Shown: positions 1 through 14,473 of the stretch, in pieces
Layout of the letters: the number at the start of each line of letters is the position of its first letter
Numbering within the stretch: the stretch's first letter is position 1
NCBI GenBank assembly: GCA_012295275.1
Contig: CM022677.1
Location: forward strand, 18,228,001 to 18,292,000
Source of the DNA: Chrysomallon squamiferum
Lineage: Eukaryota > Animalia > Mollusca
DNA length: 64,000 nt
Direction: 5' to 3'
Notes under the pieces: generated by a model
The model's input: only the letters and a program-made list of their open reading frames with translations
The model's database searches: none
What the model was told of the DNA's origin: nothing
Translations under genes and position numbers: made by a program

Positions 1-77
1 AGTAATAGCAATAGTAATAATAGTAACAGAACTAATGGTAATTATTAACAGCACTAGAAGTCGTGGTAGTAATAGTA

Positions 78-121
<44 letters not shown>

Positions 122-323
122 ATAGTAGTAGTGGTATTTGCAATAGTAGTAGATGTATACAGAATTCGTATTTTATTGAAATATTTACTTTTTAGTACTT
201 TCTCTTAAAAGAGAAACACACACACACACACACAGACTCATAAACTTAAATAAATAGATTTAGAGAGATAGATATCTAGGAAGATAAACTGATAAACAGA
301 GACACTTAGAAAGAAAGATACAC

Positions 324-440
<117 letters not shown>

Positions 441-717
441 ATATCACTTACATGCGTATTCATGCTCGGAATCAAATTTCTTTCCTGTTTCAATCGAGTG
501 CATTTTTATATGAATTGTAAATCTATTTTACTACGCCAAGTCTGTTTTAGCAGTGTTATAAATAGACATTAAGAATAATAAATAATCGTTAGCGTTGTCT
601 CTTCATTATCAACGAACCCTTCAATTTTACAGACGAAGTCTTCTAACGATCAATATGATTAATGATAGTTATGTAACTGAAAGAATCGTTTATTTTTAAA
701 TCTGTCTATCTACACAC

Positions 718-777
<60 letters not shown>

Positions 778-1126
778 ACATATATATATATATATATACT
801 AGGGTTTGCAAATTACCGATAATATCAATATCGGTAAATTACCGACAGATATTCTCAATACCAGTTTTCATACTATTTAGTTAATTTGTGCATAGGAAAA
901 GATACTTACAGGACTTTTGTGGACACTGTTTTCTGTTACACATACTCATTTTTTTTATTATTTGACACTTATCAGACAACATTATTCATTATCCTCCTTT
1001 TCCTACCTGTCTTCAGAAAAAATCGTAAAATAAACCTTTATAGAACTTAAAATGGGTACAAAAGGTATATAAGAAATGTACATGCAATAAAAAAAAAAAA
1101 AAGAAGAAATGCGGATGCGAATTTTA

Positions 1127-1159
<33 letters not shown>

Positions 1160-1317
1160 GAGAGAGAGAAAAGGAAATTACGTTTATTATCCAAAATGCA
1201 CATCACTTTTGAGAAGTTCTGATTCATTCCTCGATACTCGAGAAGTATGACTTTGAAAAACACAAAACATCTAGTGTCTTGGGCGACAACCGAGAAGCAG
1301 GAGCCAGCTACACAGAG

Positions 1318-1378
<61 letters not shown>

Positions 1379-2083
1379 TACAATGGCATATATCACAGAT
1401 TTTATATATTGATTGGGTTTTGTTTTGTATAATATATTTGTTATTCTTTTATTCTTATTTTTATTTTATATTCTCTTACTTTACTACTACTACTACCTAA
1501 TACTATAACATAGACCACCATTACTACAATTAATACTACTGCTACTACTAATAATAATAGTAACAAAAACAATAACATTAACACGCAGAAGAAGAAGAAG
1601 AAGAAGAAGAAAAGTTATGAAATGTTTATAAAATTGTTATATTTCTTTTATCAAATAAACACACACACACAAAATTTGGATGTTCTGTTTTACTCATAAC
1701 ACTATTTATTTCATTTATTATTTATATTTATTTATTTATTTATTTATTTATTTTTTTTTTTTTTTTTTTTTTTATACTTATTTATTCGTTGGTTCATTCA
1801 CTGTTTATTTTTTTGCAATTATTTACTTGTTTCTTATGCACGTACATTAACTATCTTTTTCTGGTTAATATTTAAACACATATTCGGAAGAAGAAAAAAT
1901 CGACAAATACTCACCTTGTAACTAAAATTCGCGTAGTTACGACAAACTGACGATACAGAAATGTCATCCGCATTTTGTATGTTATCTACATTAAAAAAAA
2001 AACCTAACCAATCAGAACTCTTCTTTCAGTTAATTACATCAATTACAGTACAGCCTTTTTATAAAAAAAAACTCCCTTCCATA

Positions 2084-2211
2084 TTAATTAATTACGACTG
2101 GTCGTTAATCGAAGTCGTATTGACGTAACGTGAAGCCGCTGGTAAAGTTTTAATTTAAAAAATGACGTTTTCTTTCATCACGTTAATAAGCCGGTTCGTG
2201 AATTGGTAACG
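2084..2211 (-). promoter_or_regulatory. Conserved receptor-upstream element, copy 1 (target gene predicted off the left edge of the window)
   Basis: Aligns with copies at 17534, 21492 and 32617. Invariant core GTTTTCTTTCATCACGTTA at 2167-2185, CCAAT at 2008-2012, minus-strand donor AAG|GTGAGT at 1914-1909. Confidence 0.65.
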
Positions 2212-3084
2212 TTCGTTTTAAGTAAAAGATTATGTTGGTTTAGATGTTGTCATTTCTTATTAAATTTTGTTATTAATTATTTATCTTATAAATAAATATA
2301 TTTTATTTATTATTTTTATTTATTTATTTATTTTATTTATTTTATTTATTTTATTTTTTTATTTTTTTATTTCATTTTATTTTATTTTTTTATTTTCATT
2401 TTTTTACCTTTTTATTTTTGTTTTCCAATAGCATGGGCATTATATACACTGATGATAAAATTAATTTTTCATATCCTCTTTATTTTCTAAGCGAGTTGAA
2501 AAGAGCAAAGCTATAGAAGATTGATTTTAAAGATTTTTCTAGACTCCATTAATAAACATTAACATTATTAACCTTTTCTTTCTTTCTTTCTTTTTCTATT
2601 TATGTCTTTATACTTTGTTTTTCTCACAAACACATTCATTTTAGGAAATATTCATATTATTCTACTGTATTATTTTTTTTATTATACTTTTCCTTTTTTC
2701 TGACTGTTTTTTGTTCTGCACTCACACACACATATAAACACACATATGTTGTACAAATACACATACATAGATACATACGTACACATATACGTACATACAG
2801 AGTATACATTAAACACGAATGTGTATGTATACATGTGTATCTGTAAGTATATATGCACACAGATACAGGCGCATAGATACACATATACACACCTACATAC
2901 ACATACAAATATAAATACATCAGTTCGTATAAACACATCTACATACATACCTGGACAAACACATATAAACACGCATATAAATATACACATATAACACATA
3001 TACACATTTAGAAATAAACAAGGCAATATTTCATCTTTATGAAAAATATGTGTTTATTTCCTTCTGTTTGTTTTAGGTTTTTTG

Positions 3085-3146
<62 letters not shown>

Positions 3147-3237
3147 ATTATTGTTGTTGCTGTTGTTGTAATTATCTGTGTTCTTTCTTTTTATTTTATT
3201 ATTATTAATTAATTAATTAATTAATAGTATTTATTTA

Positions 3238-3298
<61 letters not shown>

Positions 3299-3602
3299 GT
3301 TGTTGTTGTTGTTGTTTATTTGCTACCTTTTGTTGTTGTTTCTGGAGTTTTTTTTTCTTTGGGGTGTATTTGATATATATATATATATATATATAAGGTC
3401 TTTATACGGTGATATGAATTGAGAAGTCTTTGTCAGTTATTTTTAGATTTAATTTTTCATATTATGTATGTTAGAAATGGGATTTCACGTGACTCCTCTT
3501 TGCGCATCAAATGTCACGATCCACCTACATTCAGTTTTACAATGAAAGTGTGTGTTCTGTTATCAGTGTGTTAAATAAGTTTCTGTTATTCAGCCGTTCA
3601 CA

Positions 3603-3687
<85 letters not shown>

Positions 3688-4465
3688 TTCTTTCTCTCTC
3701 TCTCTATCTTTCTCTCTCTCTCTCTCTCTTTCTCATGTATATACATGCATGAGTTTGTGTGCCTATGTGTATGTCCATTTATATATGTGCATATCTGTGC
3801 GTGTATCAATAACATTTGAAGAATGAAAGTATGGATGAAGAAACAAAACCAAGAACGAATGAAAATATTATATTAAACTTTTTTATTCAAAGTTAAACCT
3901 ATTTTACTGACAAAATACTTTCTTAATAGCTTTTCGTAGATTGCTTCAAGAAAACAAAACGTATTTCAAATTTCTTTCATGATAATGAATCTCTGGCGTT
4001 ATATTATGAACATGCGCGTGTGTGCGTGCGCGTGTGTGTTTATGTTAACTAAAACAAAAAAAAAATACATGATTATTATTATTTCTTTGCCTTTAATATT
4101 GCTGATCGTGGCAAATCACTTTGGGACTCAGCCTTTTGACACATTTTATATTCCCAGAGTTTCAGTCGATGAAAAAACGTAAACATTAATGCTTATTACA
4201 GTAAATAATACAAATATTTTCTTCCTTTCCTTTTTATGTTCGTTACCTTTCTTCAAGAAGATTATCTACCAAATAAATATGATAGTTTTTGATCAAATAT
4301 CGTATTATTAGAGGACTTTATTTTTATCGGAATATATGTGTGTTTGTATATATATATATATAAAGCAACAAAATTACATCACTAGTAGACATCTCTGTCG
4401 AGTCATCCAGAACATCAAGGACACACTCAGCATTCTCAGTATTTAATATCATCACAAGAGTCACG

Positions 4466-5572
4466 TTAACCATCAACGGAATCAGCAAAAGAATAAGAAA
4501 TAAAATTAACACTTCCCGAATCTGATAACACTGGCAGTGACGTATCTCTGCGCATATTTTCGGAGAGAGGCATCGAAAATATCGTCTGTCTTCGTGCATT
4601 TTCGTTCGTTCTTAAACATCTGCACATAGTGGAAATAGTTTTTCTGTAACCAGGGGCACTGATAATCATGATATAGAAGTCCTGTCCAAAGTTTATCATG
4701 TATATTAAGTTAAAAAGAGGTAAAAGGTGTTCACATAATTTCTGCGACTCAGAGTTTATTCCTGTGACTATCAGAATAGCGTCTGTGCATTCAGCGACAG
4801 CTACGGGCAATAACGTGACAAAAGCCAGAAGGGAAATGAGCACCAGAGGGCGCTGAGAGCTGTCCTTTTTCTGATTGGTCGAATCCGACCTTGACCTCAC
4901 GAAAGCACTCCTGAACCGTCTGCTTCGCTGAATGCTAAAAATAGTCAGCGTGTTCAGAACGAGAATGCACGAGCATGGCAGAGTCGAGGATATCACAAGT
5001 CGAAGAAGGATTAAGTAGTAATCGAGACTTTTTGAAATGTCGCTGTTTTCGTCTGCTGTTTGGAGAATTACAACAACCGGGATCACTACGACGACGGAGA
5101 AAACCAAAATGGCGGTGCAGACGAGAGTAGCTTTTTTCTTTGTGCAAAACATCATCCGTCTCAGCGGGAAACACAGAGACACGTATCTGTCCAGCGATAA
5201 TCCCACTAGTATCCATGGAGACAGGATTTTCGTAGAAAACCACGAACTCCTCAGAATTAGGTGTAGTACAGAACTGGTGTTGTTCACAGCCAATGAAAAC
5301 TCTTCATACTCTTTCACCGTTTCTTCACAGAATTGTCCAATCAAAACTACGCTATCAGAAACGGATACAAATCTTAAGTACACTGAATACGAAAGAGAGC
5401 TAAATTTTTTGTCGCACATCATTATGAACTGTAGAACGTTTCCAACAATTCCTGCTAGTGATATGAACAAAACGAAACTCCAATAGGTGCGTCCGTATAA
5501 GTTAAAATAGGGCCAGTTGCTAGCGTTTTCTCCCTTTTGAAAATTCGATTTCAGTCCTAATATAATATCCAT
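4466..5572 (-). CDS. Intact class A (rhodopsin-like) orphan GPCR with a single coding exon, 368 aa (receptor R1); peptide-receptor-like/putative chemoreceptor type
   Basis: Seven hydrophobic segments: TM1 GN (GIVGNVLQF), TM2 SVSD, TM3 SPW..LSLDRY..CFP, TM5 TLPC, TM6 FVTLLP, TM7 INFGQDFY. The start MDIILGL aligns with paralogue R2 METILGL. Candidate acceptor TTTTGTAG at 5925-5924. Confidence 0.93.
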   Translation of the reverse strand: MDIILGLKSNFQKGENASNWPYFNLYGRTYWSFVLFISLAGIVGNVLQFIMMCDKKFSSLSYSVYLRFVSVSDSVVLIGQFCEETVKEYEEFSLAVNNTSSVLHLILRSSWFSTKILSPWILVGLSLDRYVSLCFPLRRMMFCTKKKATLVCTAILVFSVVVVIPVVVILQTADENSDISKSLDYYLILLRLVISSTLPCSCILVLNTLTIFSIQRSRRFRSAFVRSRSDSTNQKKDSSQRPLVLISLLAFVTLLPVAVAECTDAILIVTGINSESQKLCEHLLPLFNLIYMINFGQDFYIMIISAPGYRKTISTMCRCLRTNENARRQTIFSMPLSENMRRDTSLPVLSDSGSVNFISYSFADSVDG

Positions 5573-6119
5573 GATGTTGTCGTTGTAGAGGGAAGTATGA
5601 TAGAAATGGTTGTTTAGGGTTTGAAATTAAAATAATGATGATGATGAAGATGATGAAAATGACGTCGTTAATGAAGACATATCAATAAATGTAATGACAT
5701 CATTTTTGTTTATTTTTACTTTTTTAAATTAATTTGTTACTGATTTGTTTATAATGAGTGATAGTTTGTTGTTGTTGTTGTTGTTGTTATTTATGCTGTT
5801 GCTGTTGTTGTTGTCTTGTTTTCCTTACTGTTGTTACAGATGGTCCTGTTTATTTCGTTGTTTCAGTTCTTTTTAATGTCCCTCGTCTCTTTTTTTTTAT
5901 TTTCCTTTCTTCAATAAAATTATCTACAAAATAAAATGAAAGATTTTAGTCAAATATCCAGAATATCATTGTTATCAGAATATATATATATATATATATA
6001 TCTATGTGTGTGTGTGTGTATGTGTTCAACCTGAATTTCATCACTATCCTCCTTGTATGTTTTAATATTAGTAGTAGTAGCAGAAGTAATACTTGTAGAC
6101 GAATAGTGGTGGTAGTAGC

Positions 6120-6171
<52 letters not shown>

Positions 6172-6761
6172 CTACTATTGATGGAAATGGTGGTAGTAGT
6201 AATAGTAGTTCTTGCGACAGTAAAACTTTTTGTAGTTGTACGAGTTGTTCTTTTAATAATAGCAATAGTAGTCAGTAGTAGTAGTAGTGGTAGTAGTAGA
6301 AATATCAACATCAATAGAAGTAGTAGTAGTAGTTACACTAACAGTAGCACTAATAATAGTTTTAGTAGTATTAATAGTGACAGCGATAGTAACAGTGGTA
6401 GCATTATTAGAAGTAGTGACAGTAGTTGTTGATATTGTAATATTAGCAGTACTAATAATTATATAGCATAAGTAATAGTAGTAGTAATAATACCGATATG
6501 GTAGTAATAATGCTACTACTACTACATGTACTGCTGCTGATGATGATGGTGCTATCTCTTCTACTACAAGTTCTGTTAATCCTATGACTAAAATGAGCAT
6601 TATAACTATTATTATTGTTGTTGTTGCTGCTTTTGCTGTTGTCCTCATTATTATTATTGTCGCAAGTAAAACCACTATAGTAACTATAATAACAACTATT
6701 GCTACTGCTACAATCTAGTACAACTATTAGTAATAATAAAATCATCAACAATAGCAATAGC

Positions 6762-6808
<47 letters not shown>

Positions 6809-7196
6809 ATAAATAAATTTTACATTTAATTTTACACGCGGAAATATTTAAGTAAGAAAATAAGCAAATACGTCAATAGTCAAATGACGTCATCAATAGA
6901 AAATGTCGTAGTTTGATGAATAACGTCATGGAAAATAACTGCATTCCTAAGGTAATTCCTATCAACATTAGATATTTAATATTCATATTTTTAAACACTT
7001 TTCTATCAACCTTAGATATTTAATGTTCATATTTTAACACACTTTTCTTTCAATACAAGAGCAAACAAAAATTAAAAAAGCAACTTAACCTTAATGTTTG
7101 AATAGTACCAAAAGTAAAGTGATTTGATAAAAATATATTTAATTTATGCTCATTTATTTTAGCAGTGGCTTAAGTAAACAAATACATACACGTGTA

Positions 7197-7232
<36 letters not shown>

Positions 7233-7786
7233 TAAAACTGTACTTGACAGAGCATAATTAATCTATGGTTTCTGCGATAGTTTTGTTCATCGAGTTTTTT
7301 GTTTTATTATTACTGTTATTACCATAATTATCAGCATCATCATCATTATTTTTGATGATGTATCTTTTATTGCTGTTCTTGTTTTAATCGTTCTCTCCAT
7401 TGTTATTGTTATTGTTATTGTTACTGTTATTATTATTAAATATTATAAGAGCTTATTATATGTCCATTGTCGTTTTAATTTTTAATTTTTTTGGGGGGGG
7501 TGATTTTCTTATAGATATATTTTGTTTGTTATTAACTTATTAGAATCTTAGGACTTTAAACACATAAAAATTTTATATACGAAATTTTATTTTATTTTAC
7601 TTTATTTTATTTTATTTTATTTATTATTTTATGCATTATATTAATTCCTTAAATCTGCATGTTTTCTCTGCATAAATGTTTGAGATTCTGAAATTACTGC
7701 AATAACTGAAAAGAACCGTAAACTAAACATTTATATTTTCCTTACTTACAACATTTTATATTTTGGTTTTTTAAATTTTTTCCTCC

Positions 7787-7848
<62 letters not shown>

Positions 7849-8742
7849 GGATGAATATTTGTCCCTATTTTATGTTACTGTTATTTTACCTTCTCTTTTC
7901 GTGATTATCTTAATTTCGTAGTTATTCACTTTCACAAATTAATATATAGTCTTCAATTATTATTGTCTATATTTAATATTTCCATTATTTTATTTATTTA
8001 TTTATATTATCTTTCTGTCTTTCTCTTTCTCTTTCTGTCTGTCTATCCGTATCTCTACTGACTTATGTACTTTGCTGATATATGTATTATTTTGATTACT
8101 TAGTAACTGGCTTACTCACTTAGATAATTAGTAACTTAGATACGAATTTATTTATTTACTTATATACATTTTATTACTTACTAACTCACTTAGTAATTTA
8201 CTCAGTTGTTAAATAACATATTTATTTATTTCTATTTTTAATACAAACTAATTTGTTTACTTACTTACTTACTCATTAAATAACATATTTATTTAAACAT
8301 TTATTTATTTATTTATTTATTTATATCCTTCCTCATTTTCTCACGTACTAAATATATATATATATATATATTCACTCTGTCACTTACTAACAAACTTATT
8401 TATTTACTTTGTTTATTTCATACAACTAAAAGAAATATGTAAACAATATTATTTCAATACTAATAAGTTTATACTCACGTGAAATGACAGACCGTTTTTC
8501 CTTTCTCTTGGAAACTATTTACATTTTAGTTTATATCATCTACGAACAACCAATCACAAATCTTCTTTTCATATTAATTTAATCTCCTATTCTTCATCTC
8601 TCATCTAATCCTGAATTAAAGAATTCTTTGTTAAAGCTGTAACAGATAATCTACGTTCATCGCTAATTAAAATTTTTGCAGAAGAAGAGAAAACTCGATA
8701 AAAAAGATTTTCCATTCTGATGAAGATTGTAAAATAGCTTTC

Positions 8743-8828
8743 GTAATGAAGTTGGTGATGTAAAGATTTATTTTGAAAAATGACGTTTTCTTTCATCACG
8801 TTATTAAGCCTTTTCCTCAGCTGGTAAC
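8743..8828 (-). promoter_or_regulatory. Conserved receptor-upstream element, copy 2 (diverged subtype), upstream of R1
   Basis: Invariant core at 8785-8803, CCAAT at 8550-8554, donor CAC|GTGAGT at 8478-8473 (minus), ~3.2 kb upstream of the R1 start. Confidence 0.6.
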
Positions 8829-8848
8829 CGACTTTTTTATTTTATTTC

Positions 8849-8902
<54 letters not shown>

Positions 8903-9081
8903 AAAAATAAATATTACTTTGTTATGAAACGGCATTGCTTTATACTGATGCAATCATGTAATTGCAGATACAAAAATAATTAATTCTGCAATTCTTAATA
9001 ATACGTTTTACGTTTGTGCAATAACTGTGGATTCACGGGAGATTTTTGCAATAAAACAATTTAATATTGTTACTGATATAT

Positions 9082-9211
<130 letters not shown>

Positions 9212-9435
9212 GATAATGTAATTCGTCTTCTTTTTATTGGTAGAGTTATCATCGTCATCATATTCGTCACTGTTATTAAAAAATTGCACAATAAATAAAT
9301 TAATTAATTAATAATTTAAAAAATGAAACAAGCATTAACGAAATACTGCAGAGATTTTCTTCCAGTTAACTTTATTACAGTAGTAAAGTGATCATTATTA
9401 GATATTTGGGAACAACGAACAATCGTGAAGTCATG

Positions 9436-9527
<92 letters not shown>

Positions 9528-9753
9528 CAGATGGACAGAGAAACAGACAGACAGACAAATATGAGATAGACAAACAGATATATGTAGATGGATATATATA
9601 TAGACAGATTGATCGATAGATGCACAGACATAATTCATACGAAAATACTTTAAAATTAGAACATGCACGTATATGTAATTTAAAACTTCTGTTTTAAGTA
9701 GGCCGTTTAGAATCGATGAAACTAAAAACACACAAACACACACACACAGACAT

Positions 9754-9850
<97 letters not shown>

Positions 9851-9959
9851 CATAGACATATAACTAATTATTTATCTTTTTGGCAGATATATTTGTTCAC
9901 CCTTAATTATCTGGACACTTAAACGCATACAGCCTGTTGTTTCAATTTGAGCTGAAGAG

Positions 9960-10275
9960 AGAATGTTCTCGATTATCTCCCTTGGCTACTTTTTGAGCCT
10001 ACAACTGGCAATCAAATCTGTCAAATTGTTCCATCTGGCCAAAGTGTCTCTGGTTGAGACAAACAGATCTGACGTCAGAGCTAATTTTGACATAAATACA
10101 TTCACGGACACTGATAACAGCGTGACAAATGGCAGGACAGAAATCTACATCAGAGGGCATGTGGCTATGGCAACGGTTCCTACGGCAACCAGAACTAACG
10201 TGAAAATCCAGTTCAGATTCATGAAAATCAAAATATGGCCATGTTTCCATGGATCCATTTTTGTCTATATTTGTT
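9960..10275 (-). pseudogene. Internally deleted GPCR pseudogene of the same family
   Basis: Manual translation gives ...GSMETWPYFDFH, a frameshift, then NLNWIFTLVLVAVGTVA (TM1, cf. R1 WPYFNLYGRTYWSFVLFISLAGIVG) fused to ATCPLM*ISVLPFVTLLSVSV (TM6, cf. R3 PTRPLVIVSVLAFVTLLPMAV). It contains in-frame stops. Confidence 0.8.
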
Positions 10276-10393
10276 AGTGCTGAACAAGCAATGATAGATA
10301 TGTTTGTGTTATACGAGTGTGTGTGTGCGCGTGTGTGCGTGTATGTGCGTATGCGTGTGTATTTAAATCTATGTCTAAATGTATGTCTCTTTG

Positions 10394-10442
<49 letters not shown>

Positions 10443-10768
10443 CACACAAACACACACACACTCATACACACGCCTCTGTATGAACCTACGAACGTATGTA
10501 TGTACATAAGCATGGATTATTATTGTCGTTCTTGTTGCTGCTGCTGGTGGTGACAGTGGTGATGTCGTCGTTGGTGTTGTGTCTTCATTTTTCTGGTCTT
10601 CTATTTTCTTTTTTCTTTTATGTTAACCTTTTTGTTACTTTTCCCGCATAAAGAGTTCAGATTTATTGCTGTTGTTGTTGATGCAGAGGTTGTGAACCTT
10701 TCTCGTGCTGTTTTACATATTGATGTCGTTATGTCACACACCTTCTTCTTCTTCTTCTTCTTCTTCTT

Positions 10769-10799
<31 letters not shown>

Positions 10800-11767
10800 T
10801 TATTATTATTATTATTATTATTTATTATTATTTTTATTATTATTATTATTATTATTGCTGTTGTTGTTACTGCTTTTATTATTAGTTTGTTGTTGTGGTT
10901 GTTGTTACTATTATTACTGTTATTGTTGTCTGTGGTGCTATTATTATTATGAATATTATTATCATTGTTTTTTGTTGTTTTTTTGTTTGTTTCTTTGTTT
11001 GTTTCTTACATACATTTTTTTGTTCCTTTTCAGTGTTTCTTTGCTGTTGTTGTTGTTGTTGTGGGTACTGCTGTTGTTGACGTTAGTGTTCCCTCTTTTC
11101 TCTCTTTTTCTTTTATTTGTGGCTGTTGTGGTTGTGGTCGTTTTATTATTTTATCATTTTTGTATTAGTTGTAGTACTGGTAGTAGTAGTAGTAGTAGTA
11201 GAAGCAGAAACAGTTGAGTAGTAGTAGTAGTAGTAGGTGTAGGATTAAACAGTTGAGTAGTAGTAGTAGTAGTAGTAGCAGCAGCAGTAGTAACAATAAA
11301 GTAGTTGTAGTAGTAGTAGTAGTAGTATGAATAGTAGTAGTAGTAGCGGTTGTGGTGATAGTAGTAATGTTAGTAGTAATTTTATTTTTATGTTTTATAT
11401 TTTTTATTACCTTTCGTTAGGAAATATTTTATGAAACGTTATAATATAAAAAAATAAAATGAAAATTGTAGTAATAATAGTATTAATAGCCGTAGTCGTA
11501 GTAGTGGTAGAGGTAATAGAAGTATTTGTGACAACAGTACTGGTGATAGTACTTATACTAGCTGTATATTAATAGTAGTGGCAATAGTAATTGTTGTATT
11601 GTTGTAGTAGTAGCAACAGCAGTAGTAGATGTGGTAGTTTTAATAATAGTAGTAGTATGTTTTCTGTCGTGTTTTTTTATTTTTATTAATTATTAATTAT
11701 TTATGAAACAATATAATGTCAAAAATAGAATAATAATATATAATAGATAGATAGAGATGGATGGATG

Positions 11768-11876
<109 letters not shown>

Positions 11877-12383
11877 ATAAATAAATAAATAAAAATAAAG
11901 CAACAAAAAAATAAGTAAATGAATAAATAATAATAATAAAGACTAATAAATAAATAAACAAACAAACAAACAAACAAATAAATAAACAAATAAATAAATA
12001 AAGAGTATCTTTATTGTTTCCGTTACTCTTGTTTTCCATTCTATTTCCTCATTAATACAATTTACATAGGGTTAGCATCTGTAGCTGTTGTTGTCGACGT
12101 CATCGTAATGTTTTATTGCCATGTACTGCAGGTATGACCTTGATGAACTTCTATTCTCTGTACTTTGCTTTTATTACAAGTTTCAATAAGTAACGTAGGT
12201 AATGATTTCTGTTTATTTACTATGTGTCTGCTGTTTTGCAATATATCGTCAAGAAAATCGATAATCCTGCACTGTCGTTTAAAAGATTATATTTGGAAAG
12301 AGAGAACGAAAAATGGAGTAAGAAAAACGTAGTAAGAAATTACCGGCGGGTAAGAGATATGTATACATCTTTGATTCATTTCT

Positions 12384-12533
<150 letters not shown>

Positions 12534-12597
12534 AAATGTAAGTGTTCTGTCTATAAATGTTTATAAGTATATATCTATCTCTCTGTTACTCTATCTC

Positions 12598-12638
<41 letters not shown>

Positions 12639-12954
12639 TTTCGATACATTATATATAAATACATAAAACAAAATTTTAAAAATTAAGGAACGAATAACAT
12701 TATTACTTGAAATGAAAGTGAAAAAAAAAACAAGGAAAACAGTCAAAAATGAAATAATTTATTGAGGACAAAATATCAGATATAAAAAGAGACTAATAAA
12801 CGTTGACATTATAATACTGACTGACTGACTGACTGACTGGCAACATATAAATGATATGTGAAAGAAAGAACGAAACGTCAAAATGAAGAAAGAATGAATG
12901 ATTCGGTGTATATAAGTATTGATTAATGTAGTGATGGTGAACAGAGACTGAAAG

Positions 12955-13790
<836 letters not shown>

Positions 13791-14473
13791 TGTGTGAGGT
13801 AACCAAAACACAATCCACATCGCGTAAACTTACCGTCACAATAGACAGTTGATTTGTCTGTGCTTCATAAAATATTAAATATAAAATATAAATAATGATA
13901 AATGTAGGAAAATAGAAATACTTCTAGCTGTACACACTAACACAGTTTAGTGCTATAGATTAGAAATATCGCATAAAAATACACACACACACATATATAT
14001 ATAGATGTATACATATATGTGTGTGTGTGTCTGTGTTGAGTGTGTACGTGTGTGTGTGTATGTTTGTCCGATTTTGTTTGTCTATACTTTAACTGTTATA
14101 TATACCTAAAATTATGAGTATAGCTCTGATACATATAAAATTATTTTTAAAAATTTCTGATCCTTTTCTTCTTACTGTTCAGTGATTTTTTTACATATAC
14201 AAAATTCTTCGCATAAACCAGTTTCCAATTTCTTCTTACAACGGATGTAAAATCAGTCCTGATGAAATGAAACTTTCGTCCTTTGTTTTCCTTCTCATTC
14301 AACAGTTCCGTAAGTCTAATAAAACAAAACAAATAAAATAAAAATATAAAAAATAGTTTGGTTGTTTTTGGCGCGAAATTAAGTTTGTGCACGTCTGCTG
14401 AATCTTTCCGTAGGTTTTGGCGCGAAATCAAGATTTGCACGTCTGCTGAATCTCTCTGTTTTCTTTTTTTTCT

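Noticed and set aside
800-870. TAGGGTTTGCAAATTACCGATA...TATCGGTAA hairpin resembling a DNA-transposon end
   Set aside because: No matching opposite terminus or target-site duplication found in the window.
4935-5486. Alternative-frame and antisense ORFs overlapping the GPCRs (also 14704-15617 and 23869-24671)
   Set aside because: Shadow ORFs expected in GC-richer coding sequence, with no independent features.
14366-14453. Short local tandem duplications (also ~6960-7050, ~37165-37275, ~54425-54675)
   Set aside because: Ordinary slippage or duplication products with no further structure.
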